64,000 bases of DNA from Eledone cirrhosa. Lineage: Eukaryota. Every line of letters starts with the position of its first letter. Position 1 is the stretch's first letter. A program made the translations under genes and the position numbers. Shown one piece after another: positions 1-35,739 of this stretch. Where the stretch lies: positions 13,888,001-13,952,000 of the forward strand of contig OZ024747.1 in NCBI GenBank assembly GCA_964016885.1, in the 5' to 3' direction. The notes beneath the pieces are model-generated. The model was not told the DNA's origin and made no database searches. It worked only from the letters and a program-made list of their open reading frames with translations.

Positions 1-523
1 TGTGTATATATATAATATCTTTGAGGGTCTGTAAAGGCCATGGGAACTACTCCTTCCTCTAGACCTACCAGTTAAAAAAGTACAATCATACACACACATA
101 TGTTAGTGGTCTTTCTTGACAGTTGAATATTGTCATAGTCTTCATCACAAAGATGTAATATTGTGGTGGGTCTAATGTACAGCTTGTGTGTATGTAGCAC
201 CTTTGTATGAAGATATCTGTCTATTCTCTAGCTTGTATGTCCTTCCTAGTGTGGATCTATTTTTGTGTGTGCCTTACTATATGTGTATTGGAATTACATG
301 TGTGTATATTTGTGTGTATGTGTGCAGCATGGGTATAAACCTATATGTAGATTATGCACCTCTCCTTGCAACTAAATTCAATTTATTTTAAGTATTTATT
401 TATTTGATTAATTATTTATTTGCAAAACCATTTTGTTAGCTTGATTTTATTTTTAATGCACCACCATGAGCTCTTTTGTTGCCACTGCTTTTGTATGCTT
501 ATTTTTTTCTTTCATGCTTTTAG

Positions 524-22400
<21,877 letters not shown>

Positions 22401-22599
22401 AGAGAGTGCAGTTAGTCGTTTGAACTTTCGGAATGTTGAGGGAGTCAGGGCTGGTAGTCAACATGGATAGCTGCCAGTCCAAAAAGAAGTGGGGTAGGGG
22501 CTGCTAAACAGATGCACAGACATTGAATAATGAAACAAGCTGCAGCCCAGCCAGGCAAAAAATTCGGTTTAACCTAATCATGTCAATATTTAACAGACT

Positions 22600-22670
22600 G
22601 TATATATATGTGTATATATATATATATATATAATGTGTGTATGCATATATATATACACATACTTACATAG

Positions 22671-22710
<40 letters not shown>

Positions 22711-23091
22711 ACATTTGTGTGTTTATATATACACATGCACGCACACACATATATGTACATAGTAGATGGCTGACTGCTCAGACTTGTAAAATTTCCAGTT
22801 TTGCATTGACTGATGATTGTGTGAGAATGCATTATTTACCTGGTGGAGTCGTTCATGTAAAGGAAATGTTTGTTACTCTGCAGGTATGTCTTTTTTAGCC
22901 GGGGTGGGATTTCAGTGCAGTGGGCGCAGGTTGAGTGTAGGGTGAAATTCAAAGCAGTTCAGTTATTAATGGCGTTGATAACGGCAGTGCTTCACCTTGC
23001 CAGTCCTATGTGCTGATTGCCCATATGTTTGTTTACATATATATATGCATACATACACAAACACAATTATTCACACGCTCATGCAGGCATA

Positions 23092-23136
<45 letters not shown>

Positions 23137-23251
23137 ACATACTGATTTAAAAGAGAAAAGACTTGCACATGTACACACATATACAAATGCATACATACGT
23201 ATGCACATAAACATTCAAGTTTCTAAAAAAAAAAAACATATACTCATACAA

Positions 23252-23315
<64 letters not shown>
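22600..23315. repeat. (TA)n/(CA)n microsatellite cluster in probable WDR47 3' UTR
   Basis: Several long TA runs downstream of the stop codon. Confidence 0.85.
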
Positions 23316-23319
<4 letters not shown>

Positions 23320-24211
23320 ATGATTGGTATGTATATTGTTTTTGGAAAGCTGGTGCAATGCAAGTGAGAAATATATAATTTGAGGTTCTGACCCCTTTTT
23401 CAAAAGAAGTAAAAGAAGTGTAACACTGACAAGGAACAGAAGTACACCACTTATCTTCCCTATCATATGCCATTTCCTTTCTTTTGGAAAAAAGGTCAAA
23501 ACTGCAAAATATTAAGCTGTTTTGTTTTTCTCACTTCACTCTATTCTAATTTTCACTCACATATTTTTAATGTGCATTGTACTGGTTTTTTCAAATCTAC
23601 ATATTTTACAATGTTTCTCACACACACACACATGACACACACACATGACACACACACACGCATATATATATACATACACACATTCAAGCATGTCTCTCTG
23701 TATGTGATTGTTGCATGCAAACCTTCATTACTCCCCCCTCTCCTCCATTGCCTTCCTTAGCCAAAAGAGCATTTATTGTTTCCTGTCTCAGCTTCAACCC
23801 AGAAACAGCCCTGACACAATATACCTTCCTGTGTTTCTCTGCTTAGAGTGTGTTCCTGAAGCGTTTTACAAATCTGCCTGCCTGTGTGTGTGTGTGTTAA
23901 CAACTACAACTAGATACAGGTAGAAATTTGGTTGTTTCTGTGTGGGTCTGTGTGTGTTTCTGTATCATCCAAACTATAAAAAGAAGCAAAATAACTTCAA
24001 ATAAATATAAATGAATAAAGGAAAAAAAATATGACTTCAAATTCCCACCTGAATTGCTACAATTCCACCTTTCCACCTTTTTTTTTTTTCAATGAAAAAA
24101 AAAAATTATTTATTAATCTAAAACATGAAATAAATTCTCTGTCTCATCTTCCTCCCTAAAACTTAAGTACATTGTGTTATGATTCCTCATGTGCACATAT
24201 ATATATATATA

Positions 24212-24263
<52 letters not shown>

Positions 24264-24320
24264 TCCAACCAAAGTCACCGTGGAAAACGGATATAAACTA
24301 ATATATATGTATATGTACGC

Positions 24321-24368
<48 letters not shown>

Positions 24369-27300
24369 AATGGTTTGACATCAAGTAATATCAAGTGAAT
24401 CCAATTGGATAAAAAAGCTATTTTGAGACATTTTCCTGTGAATATCATTTACTTTTATTTATTTATTTATTTATTTTTATTTTATTTTTTTTCGGTAATT
24501 GAATTATTACTGTTAATATTTTTTCAAAATTTTAATTTTTTTTTTCCACTATCTTTTTTAATTTTTAAAGAATTATTATCGGGGGAGATGCAATGACTAA
24601 GTAGATGAAATATACTGCATTACTGGCACTTGCGTTGTGGGTTAGGTAATGAGTTGTCTCCCTCCCTCGCAAGCCATTTCTTGGTTACCCGAGGACTTCA
24701 TACTCATGAAAGATGTTTATTTCTATGATAATAATTATTTTTATTATTATCGCAGTTATTGTAATTATTATTATTATCAATGTAATTATTGTAATTATTA
24801 ATGTTTAATTGTACCAGTGATTTCTATAATTGTCCTGTCAACATGGAATGATTAAAAAAGATTTTTCTTGAATAAAACTGGAAATAAAGAATCTTGGTTA
24901 TTGTTTTCTTTTTCCATAAACTTGCATCATCTTCATCACCGCCACTATTTTACACCCGTTTTTCATGCTTGTATGATAATAGATAGGTCAAAGGACCACG
25001 CCAAGCACATATGTTCCTTTTTGGCTTCGTTCCTATGGCTGGATGATCTCCCTAACACCAAGCACATTACTGTGTATTATGTGCACTGTATCGTGGTACC
25101 AACACTTCAGAGTGTACTGGAAAATGGTAGTGTTGATAGCATATGTATGTTATGTAGCTTAAAATTCAGAGCTTAAATCTTTCCTGCCCGAATTTCTAAT
25201 GAAAAAACGTAAGTAGAGTATTTCACCTAATTTTGGAAGTAATCGAAAATTTAAAAGAATCTAATAAAATAACTTCTTCATTATTAATGAAGTTAAGTAT
25301 GATACTGTGGGTGTGTGGTGGGAGATGACAGGGTGATGAGTCGCAGAGGAGGGATGACCTCTGATAGCATGTGACTTATTCTTTACTTTCGCTGTTTAAT
25401 ATTCTCTTTCTTTTTTTAATATGCAAACATTGAGGAATGGAAAATTTATTTCATTTATTTCAAAATAGAAATTTGTGAATCATTGGTCTAGTTTTAGTTA
25501 TCTTTTAAACAGTCATTTAACATGGAAGCCATTTTTAGTTCATCTCGCATTAAACTGGGTTTGTGTAAAATTTAACTTATCAAACCCATGCAAGCGTGGA
25601 ACACGGACGCTAAACCTGATGATGATGATGATGATGATGATGGCCTGACACTTTATGAACACTCTTGTTGCTGATGGTTTACAAATTAGCCTCTTCTCTT
25701 TCGAAGGAGGTAAATCCCTCGTCTGGGACGCGGCATGTTGTGACACGTTCTCCGTCTCCAACTTCGTCGCCACCACCACAAACCCCGGTACCGCGCCCCG
25801 CAATTCCGATAACAGGAAAGCAAGCTAATACCGGCCGCCGCCAAACCCCCGTAAAATAGGGTCGATAGCAGCCCGTTTGAGGAGGGAGACTCGTGAGGTA
25901 GGGTGGTTGTTGCAGCGGATGTCGCTGGTCATTCTCTGTAGAAATGCCTTCGTCATTTTGTCAACTGGTCGCAGCTGAAACACCGTTCTGACCCATGTAT
26001 AGTGTCTGTCACTCTCTCCCCTGCTCCCTTCGTCTAAAATTTAGAATCTAAATAGTCCTTGCGCTTCCCTTTCTTTTCCTCTGTTATGGCATTTACAGTC
26101 CTTTCCTATACTGCTTTCTTCTTCTGTATGTTTGACCAATTTATAATAGTATTAAATATTGCCGATCTACCAACTATCAAAGGAAGACAGAATGTTTACC
26201 AGTAGAAACTATCCAGCTGTAACAAAACTATACATGGCAATAAGGAAGAAAGAAAAAAAAAATGAAGAAGGGAAGAGGAGAAAGTAGCGACAGGCTCTAC
26301 ACCCAGTACGAGATTGAGTAAGGGAAGTAACTGGAAAATTGTTCAGAGTTATCTTTCTTAAATCCTCTATTTTCATAAATTTTGTTCATCTGGCTTAAGA
26401 TATAACTAACGCAACATTCAAACGGCGCTGCACTCAGAGCTTAGCAGAGTTGTAAGATTGTTAAAATTCACAACACTCATTCCTAATAGTCTGATAATAA
26501 ATCTGATGAAATAAAAATAGAAGTTCTAAAAGAAAATAAAAAGTAGTTAGTCATTTATCAGGTTGAACAGTCCACTAAAAAGAGAAAACATATCCGCCAA
26601 TCCTGCCTCATCTTATAACCTATGAAAAGAAATACATTGTATGCATGTATAGATCCGTAACTCTTGATATAGTTGTAGGGGTGCTGTAGTGACTTAGAGC
26701 GTGTCTTAGCATCCTTTAAATCTTGCGGAAACCCATCTCTTCACCAACTCTGAACACAGCCGATTATTTCCAGGTGTTTGTGTGTGATAGGGGAGAAGGG
26801 TGTATGAAATTTATATGCCTTATGAAAAGAGAGAGAGACATAGATGAAGAATCGACTACATTATCTTACTGGTACTTTTTTTATCGACCTCGAAATGATG
26901 AAAGGTGAAATTGACCTTTGCGGGTTTCGAACTCAAGTCGTAGAAAGCCGGAACGAATACTGCAAAGCAGTCTATCTAACGACTTTGGCCAATTTCGTCG
27001 TCTGCTTAGATACAATAAAGAAAAAACAAAAACACGAAAAAAAGCATAGGACGGTGACGACTACAATGCATTTGACAATAGATCTACTTCATCCGGGCCT
27101 ACCTGGTGCTTAATGATTTCTTTAATGGATGTCATGTAATAAAGTGACATATATTGCCTATTCTAATGATCTTCAAATTGGCTTCACAGAAATATTTTGG
27201 AGGGTCCGTGAAAAAAAAAGTTTCCTTTGGGGTTTGTCACGAAGAAGACATAACACTTTGATGTCCTAATTGTTGAGCAGAAGTATAAAGAAAAACTTTC

Positions 27301-28631
27301 CAGACATGACAGTCCCATTTTATTTTCAAACAATGTATCTATGACTACATTATAAGACGTGTCCTTCTAAACTGGTCGATATCGATACTTAGTGGTCGAT
27401 GGACTATAATTTACCTGCGTATATTGGATATATCTAATCAAGTGTTAATATAATCTCTAATATTAGCACAAAACCAAACAATTTAGGGGAATAAACACGA
27501 TATGTGACACTAATATAATACTGGGGTTAATTTTATATTGATTCCGAAATCAAGAAAGACAGTCGATTTCGGCGTGTTTGAACTCAGAACATAAATAAAC
27601 ATAACTGGATATGAAAATGTATTTCGTGCAATGTTTCCTTTGTACAAACAGGACTTATATTCTTTGCCATCTTTTCTATATAATATTGATTTCTAATTCA
27701 GGCCCCGGCCATCAATTTGAGGGTAGGGGGGAAGTCGATTACATCGATCCCAGTACTTAATAGGTACTTATTTTATCGACCATACGGAGGCGAAGTTGAA
27801 TTCAGCAGAATTAACCTCGACAAGATCCGAATTAAATATATCTTAAGTATGGTCATTTGGTACCCGGTAAGGGTAATTAGACTCGTACCAAGGTAGAGAA
27901 GACCCTCTTCTGAGTATCGAGCATCATTTGATTGATGCCTCACAGATAGGCATCAATACGAGAAGCGATAGTTAAACTTGAGCAGGTGGTTGGTCCACTC
28001 CTTGGATCATGACTTAAAAATGTTGACCTGGGGTGCGTCAACTGTATCTTCTTAATCCACCTCCCTGATCTATCTTTTCTATATAAAATAGGAAGACGAG
28101 TGTATTGTTGGTGTATGTGTACATGTATATAGTCCGAATAAATGACGATTGTGCACCACGAGTAGTAGACTACTACAGAATGTGTATGTAATGATGAAGT
28201 CAACCCAAATGTTACGGTCTAGATAATTTCTTAATTAGTTCATTAACCTTCTGACATCGAAAAGTTGACCAATGAAAACTCCACTAAAACATATCAAGCA
28301 TATCAGCTAGATTTCTTTTATATTACACTACAATGATTTACGACCAACAACAAATTGCCGTGGTAGTCTTTATTTGAAAACACCTAAATAATCAGCAGAA
28401 AATAATTTTCGTTCACTTCGTTTGTTAATATTATTTGTTATAAAAAGAAAGTAAAATAAAAAATTGTTAGAGCTTTCATAACACATTCCTTTGTCTTCAA
28501 ATAAAAATAATAATATGATTTCTCACTATAAATATGATGTATATATTTTTTCATAAGCAGAATTTTATTAACAATCCTTAGCAATTGATTATCCAATGGA
28601 AAGCTCACACATATTTTTTCATACCGTCAAT

Positions 28632-28649
28632 ATGGCAGCCGCCAGAATG
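28632..28649 (+). CDS. UGGT: UGGT coding exon 1 (MAAARM)
   Basis: aatATGGCAGCC context, atg|gtgagt donor, phase 0 matches exon 2 and completes a signal peptide. Confidence 0.75.
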
Positions 28650-29995
28650 GTGAGTGTCTATTCGCATTATTTCCAGCTTAATATTTATTATTAATTTAAT
28701 TCATTTCCACATATAAAATGTTCTGGCTTCCTATCTCTTGTTTCACATTTATATTGTGGTGTTTTATGTAAATTCTAAGTTTCTATAGCTATCTGTTACT
28801 GATATCATGCACACAATGTAGTCGGTGTCTCCCGGTAAATCCGTAAACAAACTTGTTCTCTAGCAGACGTGGACAATCTGAGTTACTATATCACCGGCTA
28901 ATTTACTACTCTATATTACAGCTTCAATCTACTATTATTGGTTTCTTATCACTCCATTAGACTCGACCTCAATTTTTGTAAAAATTCAATTTAAATATTA
29001 TAAATATAACGAAAGTAATTTATTTACGGAAGTTTTATTATTTATATTTTTCATTATTCAACATTGTCGCTTTACATAAAAGCAGAATTTTATGGATTCG
29101 ATCTATGAAAAAAAAAAAAAAATTCTTAGAAATAAATTCTGTTAATACACTCAGTATTAGAGCCAGTGATGGCTAGAAGAGTTAGGGCGTCCCGCTTTGC
29201 TTTGTGAGTTCAAATCCTACAGACTGATCAACTTTGCCATTCATCTTCCGTGATCGATGAAATAAAGGCAAGTTCTATTTGCCTGTATCGACCAGTCATA
29301 TACAAGGTGTTGTCGTTCCATCTCCCCTCCTTGCTTCCTCTGCTGAGAGAGACAGAAGTGACTACCGACTCATTTACCGTATTCCTTGTCTTCTACAAGA
29401 CAACCACTGCCACTCTATCGCTGTGGAAGAATGTGGTCGCTAAGATCGGGTAGAGCATGGCACATGATAAATGCACTTATTGACATTCCGTTAAAAATAA
29501 TGAGATTGCCATTAGTATAACAATACCAATAAAAACGACAACAAAATGTGAACCCACCCCTCTTCTGCCACGCTTGTTTTCACTGCTAGAATACGATAAA
29601 GACGTTGCACGTTAGAGGCGTTAACTGTTTGCTTGATATTTAAGTAAACAAAATTCTGAAGTAAAAACACACACATGTACATGCCTGAATAATATATGTG
29701 TGTGTGTATATATGTGTGTCTGTATGTATGTATATATATGTATATATATTATATTATAGGAGGGTCATTACCAATAAAAACATGCAAATCTTGCAATATA
29801 TATATATATATATATAACGAAGGAAATGTGGTAAGGAACCAGGTGGACCATAACGCACCAAAGTACTCAATACTTAGGGTAGTAGACAAGTAAGACCCCG
29901 ACGGCTGAGCTCAGCCGTCGGGGTCTTACTTGTTGCTATATATATATATATATATATATATATACTTCGTCTTTGTATATATTTTGCAAGAATTG

Positions 29996-30035
<40 letters not shown>

Positions 30036-31018
30036 TTCGTTTTCGTATATATTTTGCAAGATTCGCGTGTTTTTATTGGCAACATGACCCTCTAAAAGTA
30101 TAACAATATATATATAACAAAGAAAGTGTGGCAAGACACCAGGTAGACCATAACGCACCAGAGTACTCGATACTTACGGTAGTAGAGTGGGTAATAGGAA
30201 AAGAGTCAGGACCCCGACGGCTGAGCTCCGGCCGTTTCGACAGCTAAATCCGTTCGGATCCCAGCCGTCGGGGTCCTGACTCTTTTCCTAACACACATAC
30301 ACACACACATATATCTGTGTGTATGTGTGTATAGGCACAGACATCGCCGTGTGGTTAAGGAGTTCGCTTCGCAACTATGCAGTTCTGAGTCCTGTCCCGC
30401 TACGCAGCTCCTTGGACTATTAGAGCTTCGCGTTTACCAATTCCTTGTGAATGGAATTTGGTAGACAGAGACTCCAAAAGCCCGTCGTTAAACGATGATT
30501 ATAATATATCTCTCTCTCCGTGTCTATGTCTGTGTTCTAGTTAAAGAGATTGATAAAATAAACAGCCTGGTCGATATGGTCGACTAAATCAAGGTGGTTC
30601 CCTAATTTCCCTTAGAATGGTGTGACTAAACCTCTGATGAGTACCTGAGTCTCATGTGGTTTAATCATAATCGATAGTTTGTCTTCAGTGATCGTTTATA
30701 TTGATTTATTTTTTTATTGATCGATTACATAGATCGATTTTTAGCCACACTTTCCAGGTATGAAATAGCGCTATAAGGTTTCACTTATGATTCCACCTGT
30801 GTACATATACTTCTATAGAATATGTATTTGGTATATATACAATATACCGTGTTTCTTTTACGATATATATATAAATATATATCTTCTCTATATATAAATA
30901 TATATCTCTCTATATATAAATATATATCTTCTAATTTGGTTATTATGGCTCTAGATAAAGTCTATTGAGCTTACTTACTGAGAAACACAAAATTCTAAAC
31001 ATATTTGATGTTTTGATT

Positions 31019-31068
<50 letters not shown>

Positions 31069-34000
31069 GAACGAGTAGGACCCCGACGGCTGAGCTCAAG
31101 CCGTTTCGACGGCTAATTCTGGACTGAATTAGCCGTCGAAACGGCTTGAGCTCAGCCGTCGGGGTCCTACTCGTTCCTATTACCCACTCTACTACCCTAA
31201 GTATTGAGTACTTTGGTGCGTTATGGTCCATCTGGTTCCTTACCACATTTCCTTCATTATATATATATATATGCCTCTCTAAGACAATGACAGTGGATCG
31301 AGACCTTTGGTGCCATGAAGTTGTACAGAAGACCCGACTACCATCGCATACAAACCTGCAGTCAGTATCCACCTCTTAACTCAATGTACACCCTATCCCA
31401 TCCCCCCTCTCCCGTTCCATCCACTGTGTCGATGACACAACAGTTCACACTGTAAGGTGGTCGTGTAGGAGACACGGTGAAAAGGCTCCCAGTCGACACT
31501 GTAAATGTGGTTAGTGTTAGGAAGGGCATCCAGCTGTAAAAAAACCTGCTAGAGACTCTTCCGTGAGAGCGAGACATGCTCTCCCGACCATTTCCGCATC
31601 AAATAGAACAAAACCGTCTAACCCATGCTAGCGTGGAAGATGGACGTTAAACGATGATGATGCCAAAAGTAAATGGAAACAACACAGTACAATGAAGAAA
31701 TATATTAATTTAATGCTTGATATAGTAGAAAAAGAGTCTTAACGTTTCAGACACTAGTCCTTCATCAGTAGATAGAAGGAGAAATAAAAGATGAAATAGA
31801 AAGACAGAGTGAGAAGAGGAAGGAATGGACAATATTTTTTTGAGAAAAACACGTGTATTTAGCTAATTTGAGAGAAAATGTCTTGACTGATTAATTTATT
31901 CTTTCTTTTTTTAAGAGAGAAGCATGTGGGATTTGAGGGAGATTTGGCTGTTATTTCTAGCAGGTTGAGTGGCCACAAAGGTGGAATGTTTCAGTATATT
32001 AATAAATATGTTCAATTGAATAGTATTTGCTCAGCTTCAGCGAAGCCTACTTTAAAACATGAATCTATATGTCATGTATCATTAATTTGTGAACTTCTTA
32101 GGCCTGGTAATTTTAAATCCATCACTGATCTCTATGGATGCATCGAAATGGTTACTTGACCTGCTACAGATTGTAGTCAAACCTCATTGTCTTAAACAGT
32201 AAAGGACTCATAGGATAATGTAATCCTAGATATCCACAGAAAGACAAAATGATTATTGTTGGAATGCTTTTGATCATAGACTTCTTCAATTAAAGTTAAC
32301 CCAGGACTAAAGGAAAACCGTCAACACTTTACGTCCTGTACCCACATGAAACCACATTAACAAGACATTCTTAAAAAGTACCTAACAACACTATGATTGC
32401 TTCACATTAAAAATTAAAGTCTTTAGTCAAATACTGCAAATTTTTACAACAATCTGTCCTCTTGACAAACCTGTTTTTTGATATTTTTTACTAAATCATT
32501 ACAGGATGTTAAGAGTTAAACAACAAAAAATATTAAACTCTTTATTTTTTCAAAAACTGTTTTTTTCCTCTTATTATTATTTTTTTGCTTGCATATATTT
32601 CTGTCTCGATTCATCCAATACCTTCTACGTGAAAGCAGATTGTAATATGTTTGTAATGATTGCTGAACATTGTACATGTCCTCAAGAGCCATGAAGCTGC
32701 TCATAGGAAGAAAGCAGCTGGTTACATTGTGCTGTCTTTGCAGGTCATTAAACAGGAGACAAATAAAATGTTCCCTTGTGAGGGCACCTTCTTGTTTATT
32801 GCTATTTATATCATCATCATCATTTGCTTGCATGGGTTAGATGGCTTGTCACATACTGAGGCTAGATGTCTGTTGTCCAAGCTTGCATGGCTGAGGCTGT
32901 CACCTTAATCCTTTAGCATTTACATTACTCTCTATATATACTATTGTATTTTCATGGTAAACACTTCACCTCACATAACATTTACATTACTCTCTATATA
33001 TACTATTGTATTTTCATGGTAAAGGCTTTACCTCACATAACATTTACATTACTCTCTATATATACTATTGTATTTTCATGGTAAACACTTCACCTCACAT
33101 AACATTTACATTACTCTCTATATATATACTATTGTATTTTCATGGTAAAGGCTTTACCTCACATAACATTTACATTACTCTCTATATATATATACTATTG
33201 TATTTTCATGGTAAACACTTCACCTCACATAATTATCTCACATAATATGGCATCTATGAGATTTTGGTATTTATTTTGAGAACAATACCTTAACATCAGT
33301 ATGAGCAGTCGATTGCGGCCGGTTCGAACAGAAAGAGAAGAGAGAATTCTGGCTGGATACATCCGGTTTAAATGCTAAAGGGTTAATGTGGCTTGACAAA
33401 ACAGGTGTCTTCCTTGTATGCTTTGTTTTTGGCTTAGTTTCTATGGTTAGGTTCTCTTCCTAATGCCAATCTCTTTACATTATATAATAGGAGCATATTA
33501 TCGTGACTCTTGTGTGTATTGCCAATAGGCAGTTGGGTAAAGTAAGATAAAACCCACAATGTGCTTTACTTAAAGGCACAATATTACATAATGGCTTCTA
33601 CTTTAGGCACAAGGCCAGCAAATACCCAGTACATTACTGGTACTTTATTTTATCGACCCCGTAAGGATGAAAGGCAAAGTCAACCTCGGCGGGATTTGAA
33701 CTCAGATTGTAAAGGGACGTAACTATGCTGGAAAGCATGGCGTCCGACCCTCTACCGATACTGCCAATCCACTACTTAATGGTTTCTGATTTAAGCACAT
33801 GGCCAACAATTATTGGGGCAAGGGGAAAGTCGATTAAATCGACCTCAGTACGTTACTGGTACTTTATTTTATCGACCCCCCCATAAGGATGAAAGGCAAA
33901 GCTAACCTTGATGGGATTTAAACTCAGAATGTAAAGGGTCGTAACTCTGCTGCAAAGCAGAGTGTCTGGTGCTTTACAGATATTGCCAATATTGACAATA

Positions 34001-35703
34001 TTACATAATGAACTTCTTCAGTAGTGGATTTGAACTCAAAACCCATCTATATGATTATAAATGTTGTTTGACTACAGACAAAGAAGACTAGTGCTGAAAG
34101 TAACCAGGACATCTGGTCTCAGCACATGGTATTAAATTTGTATCTTATATTATTGATTTAAGCGATCAATCCTTACAAATATTACATTGTTAGATGTTTG
34201 TTTATTAACATTTGATTTACTGTTGTTGTAGTTTAGCCACATGATTGAACAGATTTAGGGTCAAAGGCTCTCCAGCTGTGACCATTCCATTCTTTTGTAT
34301 ATCAGCAACTACATTGTCTGTGTTCTTTATTAAAGATGGTATTGTGAAAAGGATTCATGTAGAATATTATTTTCTTTTATCTTTCAGGTGTTATCTAGTG
34401 CTGCCACTTGTGTTGCAATTCTGTTGTTTTTAGGAAATGTTGACACAAAACAGAATTATGTGGATGTTAGTTTAAGTGCAAAATGGAACTCAACGCCTCT
34501 TGTTTTGGAAGCCAGGTAAGTCACCTTTTACTGTTTCTTCTAATAAAATACTAATATTATCATCATTTTACATTTGTCATGGCTTGGCCAGATCATCATG
34601 ATCCAAGACTAAAGGAGTTGGACAACCACGTCTTGCTTATATGTTCCATGTGAGCATGGTTTCTACAGCTAGGTGCCCTTACTAATACCAACCACTTTAC
34701 AAAGTGTACTGAGTGCATTTTATTGTGATACCAGCATTATCATTTAATAGTTTGTGGGATGCATTTTATTGTGACGCCTGTGATTCCATTTCACAGAGTG
34801 TATTGGGTGAATGTTATTGTAGCTTCTGAACTATGGCATAACCCTAAGTACATTTCATTGTGAAACCAGCACTACCACTTTATGAAGTGTACTGGGGGCA
34901 TTTTATTGTGGCACCATCTCTACCATTTTATTGCATGTCCTGGGTTCATTTCATTGTACCAGGACTATCCAGTACTCCTGGAAATAGAAAAAAGTTGACA
35001 AGGGTGCTTTCAAAGAGTCAAACTCTGGATACCATGTGAGTGCACTAATCCATCAAGCCTAGATGAAGGGTGAGTGCGTTAACTAATATACTAAAGAGCT
35101 GCTGGCCTATAATAATGAAAATACTTGTATACTTAAATTATATTTGAACTTGCTGCAGAAGTGAAAAATTTTTTTTTTTTACATCTACAAGCTTCAAGAT
35201 TTGTTGGTTGGGTAATAGTTAATGAATACTTACAAAACTAAAATAGATATTAAAACCTGGACTATTTCTTGTGGGTGTGTTTTTTTAAAATTTTGTTTTC
35301 TTTGTTTTAAACAGTGAGTTCCTTTATCGTGAAAATGAAGATTATTTCTGGAGATTTGTGGATGATATTACCCAAAGTACATCTGGGGAAATTAAATCAG
35401 GTTAGTATTCACTTTGTCTTGGTTTATTTTTCTTTTATTTCTGTTTTTTTTCTCAACTTCTCATCGTTATATAAGCACAGACATTTCTTTCGACGGTTGG
35501 ATGCCCTCCCTATCACTAACCATTTTACAACGTGAACTGGGTGTATTTATCATGTAGGTTACCAAACACTAGGGAGACTGATATATTTGAGTGTCAGTTT
35601 ACTACAGGCATCTTCGTACAATTTTAGAAGCAACTCGGTGACATATATCTATGTCTAGTATAAAAATACACCACTGGGCTGCAATTCAATGAAGATCAGA
35701 TGT

Positions 35704-35739
<36 letters not shown>

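Noticed and set aside
22590-24378. Many YIYI/THTH-rich ORFs
   Set aside because: Translations of (TA)n and (CA)n microsatellites
30995-31379. Overlapping 125-aa and 77-aa ORFs
   Set aside because: By-products of the palindromic element plus an RTE fragment
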